Positions 42,745 to 52,592 are shown, counted from the first letter of the stretch. The stretch is DNA of 64,000 bases from a virus (IMGVR_UViG_3300044652_000022:11154-75153); one strand, 5' to 3'. Notes: generated by a model not told the origin, from the letters alone. Program-made: numbers and translations.

Positions 42745-42794
42745 CGACCGGGCTCTGCGGCCGTCGATAGGTTAACCGAAGCAAGGAGAAGAAA

Positions 42795-43160
42795 ATGGCC
42801 TTTGAAATTCAAAGCTCGAAGTCGATCAATGCAGGTGTGGACCTGCGGACCAAGCAGTACACCTTCGTCCGTCTCGACAACACGGGGCGCCTGGCCTCCG
42901 CGGGTGCGGGCGCGTCGGCGATTGGTGTCCTGCAGGACAAGCCCAACCTGAACGACCCTGGCGCCGTCTGTGGACCCGGCGACATTACCAAGATCGTTTG
43001 CGGTGGCAACATCCCGGCGGGCGCGGATATCATGTCCGACGCCAACGGCGCTGCGGTCGTCGCCACCAGCGGGTCGTACATTTTGGGAGCCAATCTGTAC
43101 GGCGCCGGCGTCGCGGGCGCGGTCATCACCATGCGCTTCCAGCCGCGCGGTCGGATGTAG
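42795..43160 (+). CDS. capsid cement/decoration protein (DUF2190-like)
   Basis: QY.FV...G......AIGVLQ.KP, GG.I.AG..I.SDA.G.AV; directly before capsid gene. Confidence 0.8.
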   Translation: MAFEIQSSKSINAGVDLRTKQYTFVRLDNTGRLASAGAGASAIGVLQDKPNLNDPGAVCGPGDITKIVCGGNIPAGADIMSDANGAAVVATSGSYILGANLYGAGVAGAVITMRFQPRGRM

Positions 43161-43201
43161 GAAGCGGTGTAGGACTTCAGGAGAAAAGGAGAACAGCGTA
43201 A

Positions 43202-44203
43202 ATGCCTCAACCGACCTTAGCAGATATTCACGTAAACCGACCGCTGACGAACCTCACGGTCGGCTACGTCCAGGACGCCTCGGACTTCGCGGCCGGACAG
43301 CTTTTTCCCAGCGTGCCCGTCACGTCTCGATCGGATCTGTACTACGTGTACAACCGCGGCGACTTCTTCCGCAACAACATGCAGAAGCGGGCGCCGGGAA
43401 CTCCCGCGGCTGCTGGCGGCTACAAGCTGACCACGGCGCCGTATACGGCGGACGTTTGGGCGCTCAAGAAAATCATTGACGACCAGATCCGCGCCAACTA
43501 CGAGTCGCCGCTCGACGCTGAACGCGACGCCACGCAGTGGCTCACGCAGCAGGCCCTCATCAATCGCGACGTGAACTTCGTCGCCGCCTATTTTGGCACC
43601 GGCATCTGGGGCACGGACCTGACCGGGCATCCGACCACCGCCGACGCCACGCATTTCATCCAGTGGTCCAACACGGCCTCGACCCCCATCGACGACATCC
43701 TCAACGCCCAGCTTTACATGAAGCGGACGACTGGGATGTGGCCGAACGTGCTGGCTCTGGGCGCGCAGGTCTACATCAAACTCCTGACGCACCCGCAGAT
43801 CATCGACCGCTTGAAATACGGTCAAACGGGACCTGGTCCGGTGGTCGTCAGCACCTCCGACCTCCAGGCTCTGTTCAAAGTGGACAAGGTCGTGGTCATG
43901 TCGGCGATCCAGACGACTTCGCCGGAGAACATGGACCCGACGGGCGCTGGCGACACGTTCGACTTCATCGCCGGGAAACACGCCCTCCTCGCCTACGCCT
44001 CTCCGAATCCCGGGCTCATGCAGCCCTCCGCCGGGTACACGTTCAATTGGACCGGGCTGACGGGCGCCACGGCCGCTGGCATTCGGATCAAGAAATTCCG
44101 CTGGGAAGTCGACGCTGCCGACCACCTGGAAATCGAGCAGGCTTACGCCTTCGGTAAAGTGGCGGCGGAGTTGGGCTACTTCTTCAGCGGCGCCGTGGCG
44201 TAG
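43202..44203 (+). CDS. major capsid protein
   Basis: 333 aa; HV..PLTN..V.Y.Q...F.A..FP.VPV; highly biased codon usage; synteny. Confidence 0.9.
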   Translation: MPQPTLADIHVNRPLTNLTVGYVQDASDFAAGQLFPSVPVTSRSDLYYVYNRGDFFRNNMQKRAPGTPAAAGGYKLTTAPYTADVWALKKIIDDQIRANYESPLDAERDATQWLTQQALINRDVNFVAAYFGTGIWGTDLTGHPTTADATHFIQWSNTASTPIDDILNAQLYMKRTTGMWPNVLALGAQVYIKLLTHPQIIDRLKYGQTGPGPVVVSTSDLQALFKVDKVVVMSAIQTTSPENMDPTGAGDTFDFIAGKHALLAYASPNPGLMQPSAGYTFNWTGLTGATAAGIRIKKFRWEVDAADHLEIEQAYAFGKVAAELGYFFSGAVA

Positions 44204-44235
44204 TTGTAGTAGTTCGCGACGAAAGGAAAAAGGCA

Positions 44236-44694
44236 ATGCGTTTTTGCGACCGTCCACATGAAAACACCATCGACTTCGGAGCCTCGCGGTTCGTGGTCGG
44301 CAAAGGGTGCGGGATCGACGTGGACGGCCAGCACCTGGAATTAGGAGATCCAGTACCCGAGGGGCTCGGCATGGACGTCTTACGACGCATGTACGAGCCT
44401 CCTCTACGTCTCATCGAGGTGGTCGAGTACGCGATGAAGGTCCCTGAACTGCGCGAGGCTTGCGCCCGCAGACAAGGAGAACCTGCCGCCGTGAGTGCGC
44501 CCGCTGCCCAGACGCCGGAACCCAAGACTCCTGCGCCTGACGCTCATCCGCCCAAGCAGCCCAAGTACTCCACCGACTACCTCGATGGGCTCTCCGCAAG
44601 CGAACTCCAGAACCTCTGCCGCAAACATAAACTCGCCACATCCTATGTCAACAAAGCCCAGTTACGGGACCGTCTCCGAACCGTGGTGGTCTAG
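44236..44694 (+). CDS. head-associated protein with C-terminal HeH/SAP-like domain
   Basis: LDGLSASELQNLCRKHKL...KAQLRDRL. Confidence 0.6.
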   Translation: MRFCDRPHENTIDFGASRFVVGKGCGIDVDGQHLELGDPVPEGLGMDVLRRMYEPPLRLIEVVEYAMKVPELREACARRQGEPAAVSAPAAQTPEPKTPAPDAHPPKQPKYSTDYLDGLSASELQNLCRKHKLATSYVNKAQLRDRLRTVVV

Positions 44695-45232
44695 GGTCTG
44701 GCTGATAGCCAACGGTCCCTCGGCTCTCCGGTTCGACTACAGTTTAATGCGCGGTCAGACGGTATGCGCGGTCAACGACGCCGCCATCCGTCTGTATCCG
44801 CTGCGCCAGCAGTTCGCCTCCTTATCCGTGTTCAGTCTGGACAGCGTGTGGGTCAATAAGAACTGCAAGTTTCTGGCGGATTTCGACGGCGAAAAATTCG
44901 TCGCCTTGCCGCTCGACACATTTCCTGAATGCGACGGCATTCCAGGTGTCACGTACCTGCAATGGAGCACGAAGCCTGGCCTCAGCGACGATCCTGGCGT
45001 CATTTGCACAGGCGGCAATTCGGGATACGGAGCGCTGAACCTGGCCTACCTGAAAAAGGCGCGCTACATCAACCTCGTTGGCTACGACATGCACCCTGCC
45101 GACAAGCCGCACTTCCCGATCTGGTCGGCGATGTTTCAGGAGGCCGTTCCCCAGCTTCGCAAAAACGGTGTCCTCGTTCTCAATTTCAATCCCCATAGCA
45201 ATATTCATGCATTCCCGAAGGTGCCTCGATGA
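44645..45232 (+). CDS. DUF115/Maf-like (sialyltransferase-fold) glycosyltransferase-like protein
   Basis: IANGPS, VN.A, NSGYGALNLAY....I.LVGYDM; start uncertain. Confidence 0.7.
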   Translation: MSTKPSYGTVSEPWWSRVWLIANGPSALRFDYSLMRGQTVCAVNDAAIRLYPLRQQFASLSVFSLDSVWVNKNCKFLADFDGEKFVALPLDTFPECDGIPGVTYLQWSTKPGLSDDPGVICTGGNSGYGALNLAYLKKARYINLVGYDMHPADKPHFPIWSAMFQEAVPQLRKNGVLVLNFNPHSNIHAFPKVPR

Positions 45233-45654
45233 GCTGGACCTACTCTGGCGACCCTTCTAATTCCGACCTGGACGAGGTTCGGTTTCTGATTGGCGACACG
45301 AACCCCGACGAAGCCCAACTTCAGGACGAGGAAATTCAGTACCTCGTCAATCTATACGGCTCCGGCCCAGCCGGGAATCTGGTGCCGGCTATCTATGCCA
45401 TCGAGTCGCTGATTGCGCGCTATGCGCGGTCGGTAGACAAGTCGGTGGGCGACCTGCGCATCTCCCATTCCAATCGCGTAAAGCAGTTTCAGGATTTGGC
45501 GACGAGACTGCGCCAGCGCGCGACGTTGAAAGGCGTCCGCACGTTCTTTACCAGCACCGCCGATGGTGAGGTGGTAAGCGGACGTCGGTCCGTGTTCGAC
45601 AGCACCTCCGGGTTGTTCGATTCCGCATCCGGTTCCTTTGACGACGAATTATGA
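45229..45654 (+). CDS. head-tail adaptor
   Basis: WTYSGDP..SDLDEVRFLIGDT...LQDEEI. Confidence 0.8.
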   Translation: MSWTYSGDPSNSDLDEVRFLIGDTNPDEAQLQDEEIQYLVNLYGSGPAGNLVPAIYAIESLIARYARSVDKSVGDLRISHSNRVKQFQDLATRLRQRATLKGVRTFFTSTADGEVVSGRRSVFDSTSGLFDSASGSFDDEL

Positions 45655-48194
45655 AGTCCTTGGCCATTCAGGTTACCGTAGTAGTATCGCTGATCCTCGC
45701 GGCTCTGCTCCTCGCTCAGGTGCAAAACGTTCCCAATACCACCTTCCCCACTGTGCGCTCGCTGCTGAATCAGAATTTTACCTGGCTGAACAACAACAAA
45801 GCTAGGACGGGTGATTGTCCTTCAGGCAAGTTTGCGATGCGACTAGGAGCCGGCGGCGTAACCTGTATTTCCGTTGACTGGTCGATGGTGACGAATAAAC
45901 CCGATATCATGCCGCCCACGTTCTCTACGCATCAAACGAACGGCTGCTATTTCTTCCCGGACAACAGCATTTTCCACGCCGACATGAGCGGCGCACCGCG
46001 CGACGATTGGGCTACGGCGTGGTTTATTGGAAAGCGGTATCCCATCACCGCAGCGACCTGGCTGAATGGCGTGGTCACGGCCACCGTAGCCTCGACGGCT
46101 GGGATTGCGTCAGGCATCAAGGGCTACATCGACGGTGCAAGACCAGCGCGCCTCGCTGCCGGATACACAACCGGCGTCGGTTCTCCGTTTGGATCCGCGA
46201 ACCCGCGCGACACTCGCGTCACCATCACCGTTCCCCCTGTCGATCAATGCCCTAACGGCTTGCCGTGCTTTCAGTATCCTGTCGCGTCAGATCCTGGAGC
46301 GTATCCAGGCAACCTATCGTTTTCGATTGGGCCTTACGGTTCTGCGAATTTCGGGACTACAGGTCCGGCGATGGTTCTGAACACAGCCGACGCCACCACG
46401 CCGCGGTACATGATTCAAACGGGCCCTGGTCCCGATGGGCTAGACGCTGGGACGCCCATGCTGTTAGAGAGTGACGCAGGACCGTATCCGATCCTGCCGT
46501 CATATCAGATTGAAGGCGGCTACACGATCCAGAACGGCGCTCCCGATCCGTTTCAGGACAACCATGTCCTTACGCTCGATACCTCAGCCTGCTACCTGTA
46601 CGAAATCTTTGCCTTCCCGGGACCCGCGAGCGGACCGCCATTCGTCAACGGCGGCGGCGCAGTCTGGAACCTGCGATCCAACGCCATGCGGCGCGACGGA
46701 TGGACGAGCGCAGACGCCGCCGGGTTGCCAATCTGGCCTTTTGTTCTGACGCGCGGTCAGGCGTTTGGCGATGATCCAATCGAGGGGCCAATTCGCGTAA
46801 CCTTCGTATCGACACCTGCCTACTATCGCTTTCCTGCCACCCACTTCGCCGCGTCATATTCCTACAATCAGTGGCCGCCCTTCGGGACTTGGTTCCGTCT
46901 GCGTCGGGACTTCGATATTTCCGGGTTCCCGGTTGGCGGAGACGGCGTGACGCCGAAGATGCAGAAAATCCTCGCCGCGTGGAAAAAATACGGCGTTATC
47001 AACGCTGACAACGGCGGGACAGGGTTCATCACCATCGACCATTCCTTTTCTGCAAACGACGACTCGGCGCTGGTCACGCAACTGCACAATCTTTGGCTGG
47101 AGAGCTTCGAGGTCGTCTGCACCGCCTGCCTGCAAAAGCAAATCGACTCTTACGAAGTCAAGCCCTTTACCCCAGTCAGCGTACCGCGCCTGAATCAGGT
47201 TGTCGTCACGGCTAGCCAAACTGGCTTATACCTGACAGTGGACGGGCAGGGCTGCTACGCGCCTTGCCAGGTGTTCTGGAACTCGAACGACGTACACACT
47301 ATTTCCGCACCGCTGCAAACGAACGGGAATATCCAGTACACGTTTGCATCGTGGAGCGATGGCGGAGCAGGCTCGCATACGACCTCGGTCACGGACGCGG
47401 CTACGATCACCGCGACTTTCACGGCGCAATACACGCAGCCCTCCGCCCCAACCTTCTCCTCGACGCTGAACGCTGTGGCTCCAGGGACCGTGATTACAGC
47501 GAGCACCGTTCCAGCTTCCTGCAACGGGTTCGTGCATATCAGCACCACCAACCCACCCACGTTGACCGACCCAGCCACCTACACCATCAATACGCCTGTG
47601 ACGCTGTACGCCAACGTCCTGGGATGTCCAATAACCATCGCGCCCAACTCGACCGTGTCCTCGGCGTCCTTCTCGATGCTCTTTACCGACACCTTCTCTG
47701 GGACGGGCGTGCTGAACGCGGCTAATTGGACTCGCATTCCAACACTGAGCTACGGGTCAGGGAACACGCTGATCCAGAGTGCAGGGACCGCGATTCCTGC
47801 TGCGATCAATAGCGGCGCCGCGTACATCGTCACCGGGCAGACCTTCACCCGCGCGCAGTTCTCGCAGACGACAGTAAACACGTACGCCTCAGGTGGAGTG
47901 GTCTTGTATGTCTTGATGGACGCGAACGGGAACGGCTACGGGTGGATCGGAACGAACCTCAACCGGTACACCGCCGGCGTCCCGTCGTGGATGCAAAGCT
48001 GCGCCGCGCCGGCTCCTGGAAACACGATCCGCCTCGAGTCCGACGGTGCTGGTGGGATTCGGACGTACATCAATAACGTGTTCTCCTGCCTCGCCACCGA
48101 CCAGACGTATACAACCGGATCGCCTGGCGTGTTCGTCGGCGCTGGCGGAACGATTAACGCTTCGATTTCGAATTACCAAGCTGGGAACCGATAA
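45651..48194 (+). CDS. large secreted-type multidomain protein (signal peptide, conserved WTSADAAGLP domain, InlB-B-repeat-like module)
   Basis: hydrophobic N-terminal signal; GPYPI..IEG..D.HVL.LD..CYLYE, W.L.SNA.R.DGWTSADAAGLPI, KKYG.I.ADNG; TVDG..W...HTI..Q..Y.F.SWSDGG..SH. Confidence 0.75.
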   Translation: MKSLAIQVTVVVSLILAALLLAQVQNVPNTTFPTVRSLLNQNFTWLNNNKARTGDCPSGKFAMRLGAGGVTCISVDWSMVTNKPDIMPPTFSTHQTNGCYFFPDNSIFHADMSGAPRDDWATAWFIGKRYPITAATWLNGVVTATVASTAGIASGIKGYIDGARPARLAAGYTTGVGSPFGSANPRDTRVTITVPPVDQCPNGLPCFQYPVASDPGAYPGNLSFSIGPYGSANFGTTGPAMVLNTADATTPRYMIQTGPGPDGLDAGTPMLLESDAGPYPILPSYQIEGGYTIQNGAPDPFQDNHVLTLDTSACYLYEIFAFPGPASGPPFVNGGGAVWNLRSNAMRRDGWTSADAAGLPIWPFVLTRGQAFGDDPIEGPIRVTFVSTPAYYRFPATHFAASYSYNQWPPFGTWFRLRRDFDISGFPVGGDGVTPKMQKILAAWKKYGVINADNGGTGFITIDHSFSANDDSALVTQLHNLWLESFEVVCTACLQKQIDSYEVKPFTPVSVPRLNQVVVTASQTGLYLTVDGQGCYAPCQVFWNSNDVHTISAPLQTNGNIQYTFASWSDGGAGSHTTSVTDAATITATFTAQYTQPSAPTFSSTLNAVAPGTVITASTVPASCNGFVHISTTNPPTLTDPATYTINTPVTLYANVLGCPITIAPNSTVSSASFSMLFTDTFSGTGVLNAANWTRIPTLSYGSGNTLIQSAGTAIPAAINSGAAYIVTGQTFTRAQFSQTTVNTYASGGVVLYVLMDANGNGYGWIGTNLNRYTAGVPSWMQSCAAPAPGNTIRLESDGAGGIRTYINNVFSCLATDQTYTTGSPGVFVGAGGTINASISNYQAGNR

Positions 48195-48544
48195 TGCCAG
48201 TATCCGATTGGGCAGACCTCGCCAAGCAAACGATTGTCTGGGAACCGGCGACGAGTCGAGATCGCTACGGCAAACCGCAATACGGAGGGATAAAGAAATA
48301 CACGTTTCAGGGACGGCGGGTAAACAAGGTATCGCGTCGTCCAGGCGGAAACAATCAAGGCGTGGACCTGGTTTCGGAATCTACCATCTGGATTCTGGGA
48401 ACGCCCAATATCAAGTACGAGGACCGGGTGTACGTCGAAGGCGACGAACCGCCATACCCGAACATCCTCAGCATTGACCGCTACCCGGATGAAACGGGTC
48501 AGGATCTGTACGTGAAAGTCTCGCTAGGGAGTGCAAAAGGATGA
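48194..48544 (+). CDS. head closure (stopper) protein
   Basis: 116 aa beta-rich, D.YG.P.Y, synteny. Confidence 0.7.
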   Translation: MPVSDWADLAKQTIVWEPATSRDRYGKPQYGGIKKYTFQGRRVNKVSRRPGGNNQGVDLVSESTIWILGTPNIKYEDRVYVEGDEPPYPNILSIDRYPDETGQDLYVKVSLGSAKG

Positions 48545-48789
48545 CAGTAGAGGTCTTTCGTTTGCTATACGGCAAACTCAGCGTGCGGCTGAACAACCGG
48601 GAGGTGGCGCTCATCGACTCACGGCCAGATGAGCGAGCGCTGGCTAGCCTTCTGCGCAAGGTCAGCGAGGAGGTCGAAAAGGAATGCCTCGACTCAGCTT
48701 TGAAGTCGCTATCACAACCCAAAAGAATGTCGGAGCCCGGGCGCGCCAAGCCGCTGCTCGTGCGCTCTACCAGTTCGCCGAGGAGGTGA
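48541..48789 (+). CDS. hypothetical protein (overlaps next gene)
   Basis: 82 aa, ATGA-coupled; 106-nt overlap with 48684 gene. Confidence 0.35.
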   Translation: MTVEVFRLLYGKLSVRLNNREVALIDSRPDERALASLLRKVSEEVEKECLDSALKSLSQPKRMSEPGRAKPLLVRSTSSPRR

Positions 48790-49070
48790 TGGCCGAGTCC
48801 AAGCGCATCGTTCCTGTGGACACAGGTGCGTTGATGAACACGGGTACCGTGATGCCGCCTGTGGACAATGGACGCGAGATCATGGTTGAGATGGGCTACG
48901 GTTCGCAGTCGGTCGATTACGCCGTGTACGTTCACGAAAACATGGCGCCGGTCAAATGGCAGCGTCCCGGATCCGGGCCCAAGTATTTGGAGACGCCCCT
49001 GAAAGAAAAACAGGACAGCTTGCCCGACCGTATCGCCTCGGCCATCGAAGCGGCTTTGAGGAATCCGTAA
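48684..49070 (+). CDS. HK97 gp10-like neck/tail completion protein
   Basis: SK..VPVDTGAL..TG, YA.YVHE, KYLE.PL. Confidence 0.8.
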   Translation: MPRLSFEVAITTQKNVGARARQAAARALYQFAEEVMAESKRIVPVDTGALMNTGTVMPPVDNGREIMVEMGYGSQSVDYAVYVHENMAPVKWQRPGSGPKYLETPLKEKQDSLPDRIASAIEAALRNP

Positions 49071-49450
49071 TGCCCCTTTTGGAAGACATTGCCGACTACC
49101 TGACCACGCACGGGGTGGTGACAGCGCCGTGGACGCTGTATATAGGAACGTTCCCGGACGATCAAGACCAGGTCATTGGCTTGTTTGCGACTGGCGGCGA
49201 GCCGTTCGATACGCTCGGACGCGAGAATGTCCGCCCGACGTTTCAGACGCGCGTCCGCGCCGCGGCGTCGGATTACGGAGTCGGGTACGCCAAGTGGAAG
49301 CAGATTTTTGACACGTTGCAGGACGCAATACCAACCTCCGCCTATGCTTACGTGCAGGCGACAGCAACTGGACCGCTGGCGTTTTCTGACGACAAGGAAC
49401 GGCCCAACTTCACGTCGAATTGGCGGGTTTTAATGTCGCGGAACGGGTAA
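49070..49450 (+). CDS. tail terminator / minor capsid-type protein
   Basis: IADYL...G......P...D....TGG....RP.FQ.RVR...Y; synteny. Confidence 0.75.
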   Translation: MPLLEDIADYLTTHGVVTAPWTLYIGTFPDDQDQVIGLFATGGEPFDTLGRENVRPTFQTRVRAAASDYGVGYAKWKQIFDTLQDAIPTSAYAYVQATATGPLAFSDDKERPNFTSNWRVLMSRNG

Positions 49451-49481
49451 AGCGGTAGGAAACATCCACCCGGCAGCGGAA

Positions 49482-49519
49482 AATCGAGCAGAGCCAGAGC
49501 AAACGCGAAGCTCCGGGTG
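49482..49519 (+). repeat. dispersed motif B copy 4
   Basis: AATCGAGCAGAGCCAGAGCAAACGCGAAGCTCCGGGTG. Confidence 0.85.
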
Positions 49520-49539
49520 TTTAAAAACGGGAGAAAACG

Positions 49540-50208
49540 ATGGAATACAGAGTAGACCCGATCTGGAGAGGAGAAACGTGCGTCATTCTCGGCGGCGGAC
49601 CGTCGCTGCTGAAACAAAGCCTCGATCCGCTGTGGAACACCTCCCCCAAGCCGCGCATTCTGACCATCAACGATTCCTGGCGGTTGGCGCCCGACAACGC
49701 CATCCACTACTTCGCCGATCAGGAATGGTGGGATCGTCAGATCGCGCGGAACTACATCGCGGTTAATCATCTGGGAACGCACTACCGATTCCACAACATG
49801 ATTTATGAGGGGTTTTGGGTTTCGACCGCGCCTGCATTCGCCGCCCATCCGCAAGTCCGCTATTTGAGACTCACGGGAGAGCAAGGACTCGAAACCGATC
49901 CGACCGGGCTGCGACACGGATCCAATTCAGGCTACCAGGCGATTGGGCTGGCGTATCACCTGGGAGTCAAAAAGATCGTGCTTTTGGGTTACGACATGCG
50001 CGTGGACCGCGACCGCACCCACTGGCACGATGAAAGCACCATCCCAGCGCAGGGCTTCGAGATGATGCTGAAAAAGTCTTTTCTACCGCACTTCGACACC
50101 TTAGCCAGACCGCTCGCGGACGCTGGGGTGACGGTGATTAACGCGACCGAAAATTCCGCGTTGCGAGTTTGGCCCTTTCAGCCGCTAGCGACGGCGTTGG
50201 GTCACTAA
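49540..50208 (+). CDS. DUF115/Maf-like glycosyltransferase-like protein, second copy
   Basis: ILGGGPSL, IND, NSGYQAIGLAY.LG.KKIVLLGYDM. Confidence 0.75.
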   Translation: MEYRVDPIWRGETCVILGGGPSLLKQSLDPLWNTSPKPRILTINDSWRLAPDNAIHYFADQEWWDRQIARNYIAVNHLGTHYRFHNMIYEGFWVSTAPAFAAHPQVRYLRLTGEQGLETDPTGLRHGSNSGYQAIGLAYHLGVKKIVLLGYDMRVDRDRTHWHDESTIPAQGFEMMLKKSFLPHFDTLARPLADAGVTVINATENSALRVWPFQPLATALGH

Positions 50209-50229
50209 CCAAATAATAAGGAGGCGAAA

Positions 50230-50484
50230 ATGGCAAGCAATACAGACCGTGATATCGGATATCGGATGTACTTGAAGGGGACTACGCTGGGCGAGCGCAA
50301 TTTTGAACCCAGCGGCACCGTCCAGTACGTGAGCAACCATCCGCACCTGAACTTTGGGACGGGTGTTTATGAACCTGGACAAGCCCTGCCCTTCGACGGT
50401 GCGGGTGGGACGGTGTACGCCCCCACCTCCATCAACACCCTGCGGATGTATTTCGAGCGAGGCTGGATCATCCCGGCGTCGTAA
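50230..50484 (+). CDS. hypothetical virion protein
   Basis: AAGGAGG RBS, 84 aa. Confidence 0.65.
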   Translation: MASNTDRDIGYRMYLKGTTLGERNFEPSGTVQYVSNHPHLNFGTGVYEPGQALPFDGAGGTVYAPTSINTLRMYFERGWIIPAS

Positions 50485-50487
50485 TCA

Positions 50488-51195
50488 ATGCAGGAAAAAG
50501 GAGTCACGATCATTACCGCGACGGGCAACCGTCCCGAGGCGCTTCAGCTCTGCGCCAAGTACGTGTTGCGTCAGGACTGGGAGGGCATTTTGCAGTGGAT
50601 CGTAGTGGACGACGGCGTTCCCGAATCCGTAATCCCTGCCCTTCCAGACCGCGTCCGGCTGCATTACATTTCGGCGCCGAATAAATGGGACGGCAAGACG
50701 GACACCTTGCGCCAGAACATGCTGTTGGCGATCAAGTCGGTTGAGTTTGACCTGATCTTCATATTCGAGGACGACGACTGGTACTCGCCAACGTACATCC
50801 GCAACCAGATTCGTCGCATGGGGGAGGCGGAACTGGTCGGTGAGGTTCCGTCGTTATATTACCATCTCCCTTCGCGCCAGTATTTGATGCTGAACAACCG
50901 CAGCCACGCCAGCCTGTGCCAGACCGGGTTTCGGCGATCCTTTCTACCAATCTTCAGCGCCGCGTGTCACGGCAACGACAGCTTTATCGACATACGGTTG
51001 TGGACGGCGATGGTATACAAAATCCTGCACGAAAGCCGCCGCGTGATTGGGATGAAGGGATTGCCTGGTCGTCCAGGTATTGGCATCGGACATCGTCCCG
51101 AAAGAGTCACCGGCTGGCTACCCGATCCGGAAATGCAAATGCTGGAGTCGTGGATCGGGCTCGAGGACGCGAACGAATACCGAGGTCTGGTATGA
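50488..51195 (+). CDS. glycosyltransferase family 2 (GT-A)
   Basis: TIIT.T.NR, IVVDDG, FEDDDWY (DxD). Confidence 0.85.
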   Translation: MQEKGVTIITATGNRPEALQLCAKYVLRQDWEGILQWIVVDDGVPESVIPALPDRVRLHYISAPNKWDGKTDTLRQNMLLAIKSVEFDLIFIFEDDDWYSPTYIRNQIRRMGEAELVGEVPSLYYHLPSRQYLMLNNRSHASLCQTGFRRSFLPIFSAACHGNDSFIDIRLWTAMVYKILHESRRVIGMKGLPGRPGIGIGHRPERVTGWLPDPEMQMLESWIGLEDANEYRGLV

Positions 51196-51473
51196 GCGAA
51201 ACCGAGTACGGCTTTGAGATATTTCACTGGCGCGGTCAAAAGCGCTACCGCTGCAACCAGACCTGGGAGTCAGGAACGCCCTGCGAGTTCGACACCTACG
51301 ATTTGGAAGCCATACGCGAACACGCCCGGGAACCGCACACGCGAACCGGAAAACCCGTCGAACCACCGCCAGCCCGAGTCTCACCGATCCTAGACGAATC
51401 AGGGAAGCACATTATCGTTGGTAACGAGAAACCCACACCGCCCGAGTTCTCGGATTTTCGTTTCAAGGAGTGA
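51192..51473 (+). CDS. C2H2-like Zn-finger protein
   Basis: YRC......C.FDT....H...H. Confidence 0.6.
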   Translation: MSETEYGFEIFHWRGQKRYRCNQTWESGTPCEFDTYDLEAIREHAREPHTRTGKPVEPPPARVSPILDESGKHIIVGNEKPTPPEFSDFRFKE

Positions 51474-51476
51474 TCG

Positions 51477-52148
51477 TTGGCGCACCGAACCTCAGCCCCC
51501 GCGCTATCCGCTGCGCGCGTATTGTTCAAGAACTACGACCTTACCGTACGTCCGCCAGAGACCTTGCCTTCAGGACGCATCGCAAACCTGCAGGCGACGG
51601 TTGCCTGCGCAGCCATCCTCATCGACTACGCCACGAACATTTTCGAGGTGACCAACCTCCGTCCCGAGTTCCGCTACTGGCAGGAGCGGCTGCTGATGGG
51701 TAGCGCTACAGCGCCGCAGTTGGGAGCGTTTCTAGCGACCCTGCGCGAGGCGTTCCGCAAGATCCCAGCCGATGGGTCTTACGAAGAACCGGTATACATC
51801 CAATTGCGCGCACCGCACCAGTTCAAGTCCGATTTCACCAACCATCGGTTGTCCAAGCCCGCGCGCGAGGCTTCAAGATTCCTCTTTTACTACTACCTGC
51901 TCAAACCCAAAACGCGAATGTTGGAAGAGGAAATGGATCGTCGCATCGTAGCTGCTCTGGTGGATTCGGCTCTGGGGCTGGAGCGGTCGCTGGAGGCGGT
52001 CCCTTTCATCGACAACTGCATTGCCGGGTTGAAGGCTGGGCGGTTGACGGCTCAGGAGGTGAAGCAGCATTTTCGCTCGATTGGGGTGCGGTTAGAGTAC
52101 TTCCCAGGATACGAAAACCGCGAGGAAGAAAGTTTGCTTTTAGTTTAA
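51477..52148 (+). CDS. hypothetical protein
   Basis: AAGGAG + TTG start, 223 aa. Confidence 0.6.
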   Translation: MAHRTSAPALSAARVLFKNYDLTVRPPETLPSGRIANLQATVACAAILIDYATNIFEVTNLRPEFRYWQERLLMGSATAPQLGAFLATLREAFRKIPADGSYEEPVYIQLRAPHQFKSDFTNHRLSKPAREASRFLFYYYLLKPKTRMLEEEMDRRIVAALVDSALGLERSLEAVPFIDNCIAGLKAGRLTAQEVKQHFRSIGVRLEYFPGYENREEESLLLV

Positions 52149-52166
52149 CCAAAGGAGAAAAAGAGA

Positions 52167-52592
52167 ATGGCAATTACAACCGCGAAGGGAACTGTCCTGA
52201 GAATGTCAGACGTGGCTTCGCCGGCTACCTACAGCAACGTCGGCCAGGTGCGTTCGATCAGCGGTCCGACAGTCAAGCCGTCCATCGTGGATGTGACCAC
52301 GCACGATACGCCCGGGTTCTGGCGGCGAAAAATCGCTGTCCTGAACGACGCTGGCGATATCACCTTTGAGGTCAACTTCGACAAGGCGGACGCCACGCAC
52401 TCGTTCACCACGGGCATGTGGGGGCAACTCATCGGCCTGATCCTGTCTGGGTTCCAGATGGTGTTCCCGAACGCCGCCGGGACCTTGACGTTCAAGGGCT
52501 ACATGTCCTCCCACGAATTTGGAGTCCCGGTCGATAACGTCCTCTCCTCGAAGATGGGCGTGGCGATCACCGACGCTATCGCGGCAGCGTAA
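52167..52592 (+). CDS. major tail tube protein
   Basis: V.SISGP......DVTTHD.....KI..L.DAGDITFE.NF; followed by G/GT and TMP. Confidence 0.88.
   Translation: MAITTAKGTVLRMSDVASPATYSNVGQVRSISGPTVKPSIVDVTTHDTPGFWRRKIAVLNDAGDITFEVNFDKADATHSFTTGMWGQLIGLILSGFQMVFPNAAGTLTFKGYMSSHEFGVPVDNVLSSKMGVAITDAIAAA

Noticed and set aside
2113-44257. Long minus-strand ORFs (e.g. 2113-3222, 33857-34828, 35225-36511, 43217-44257)
   Set aside because: Antisense shadows of strongly codon-biased GC-rich + strand genes; no RBS or recognisable motifs
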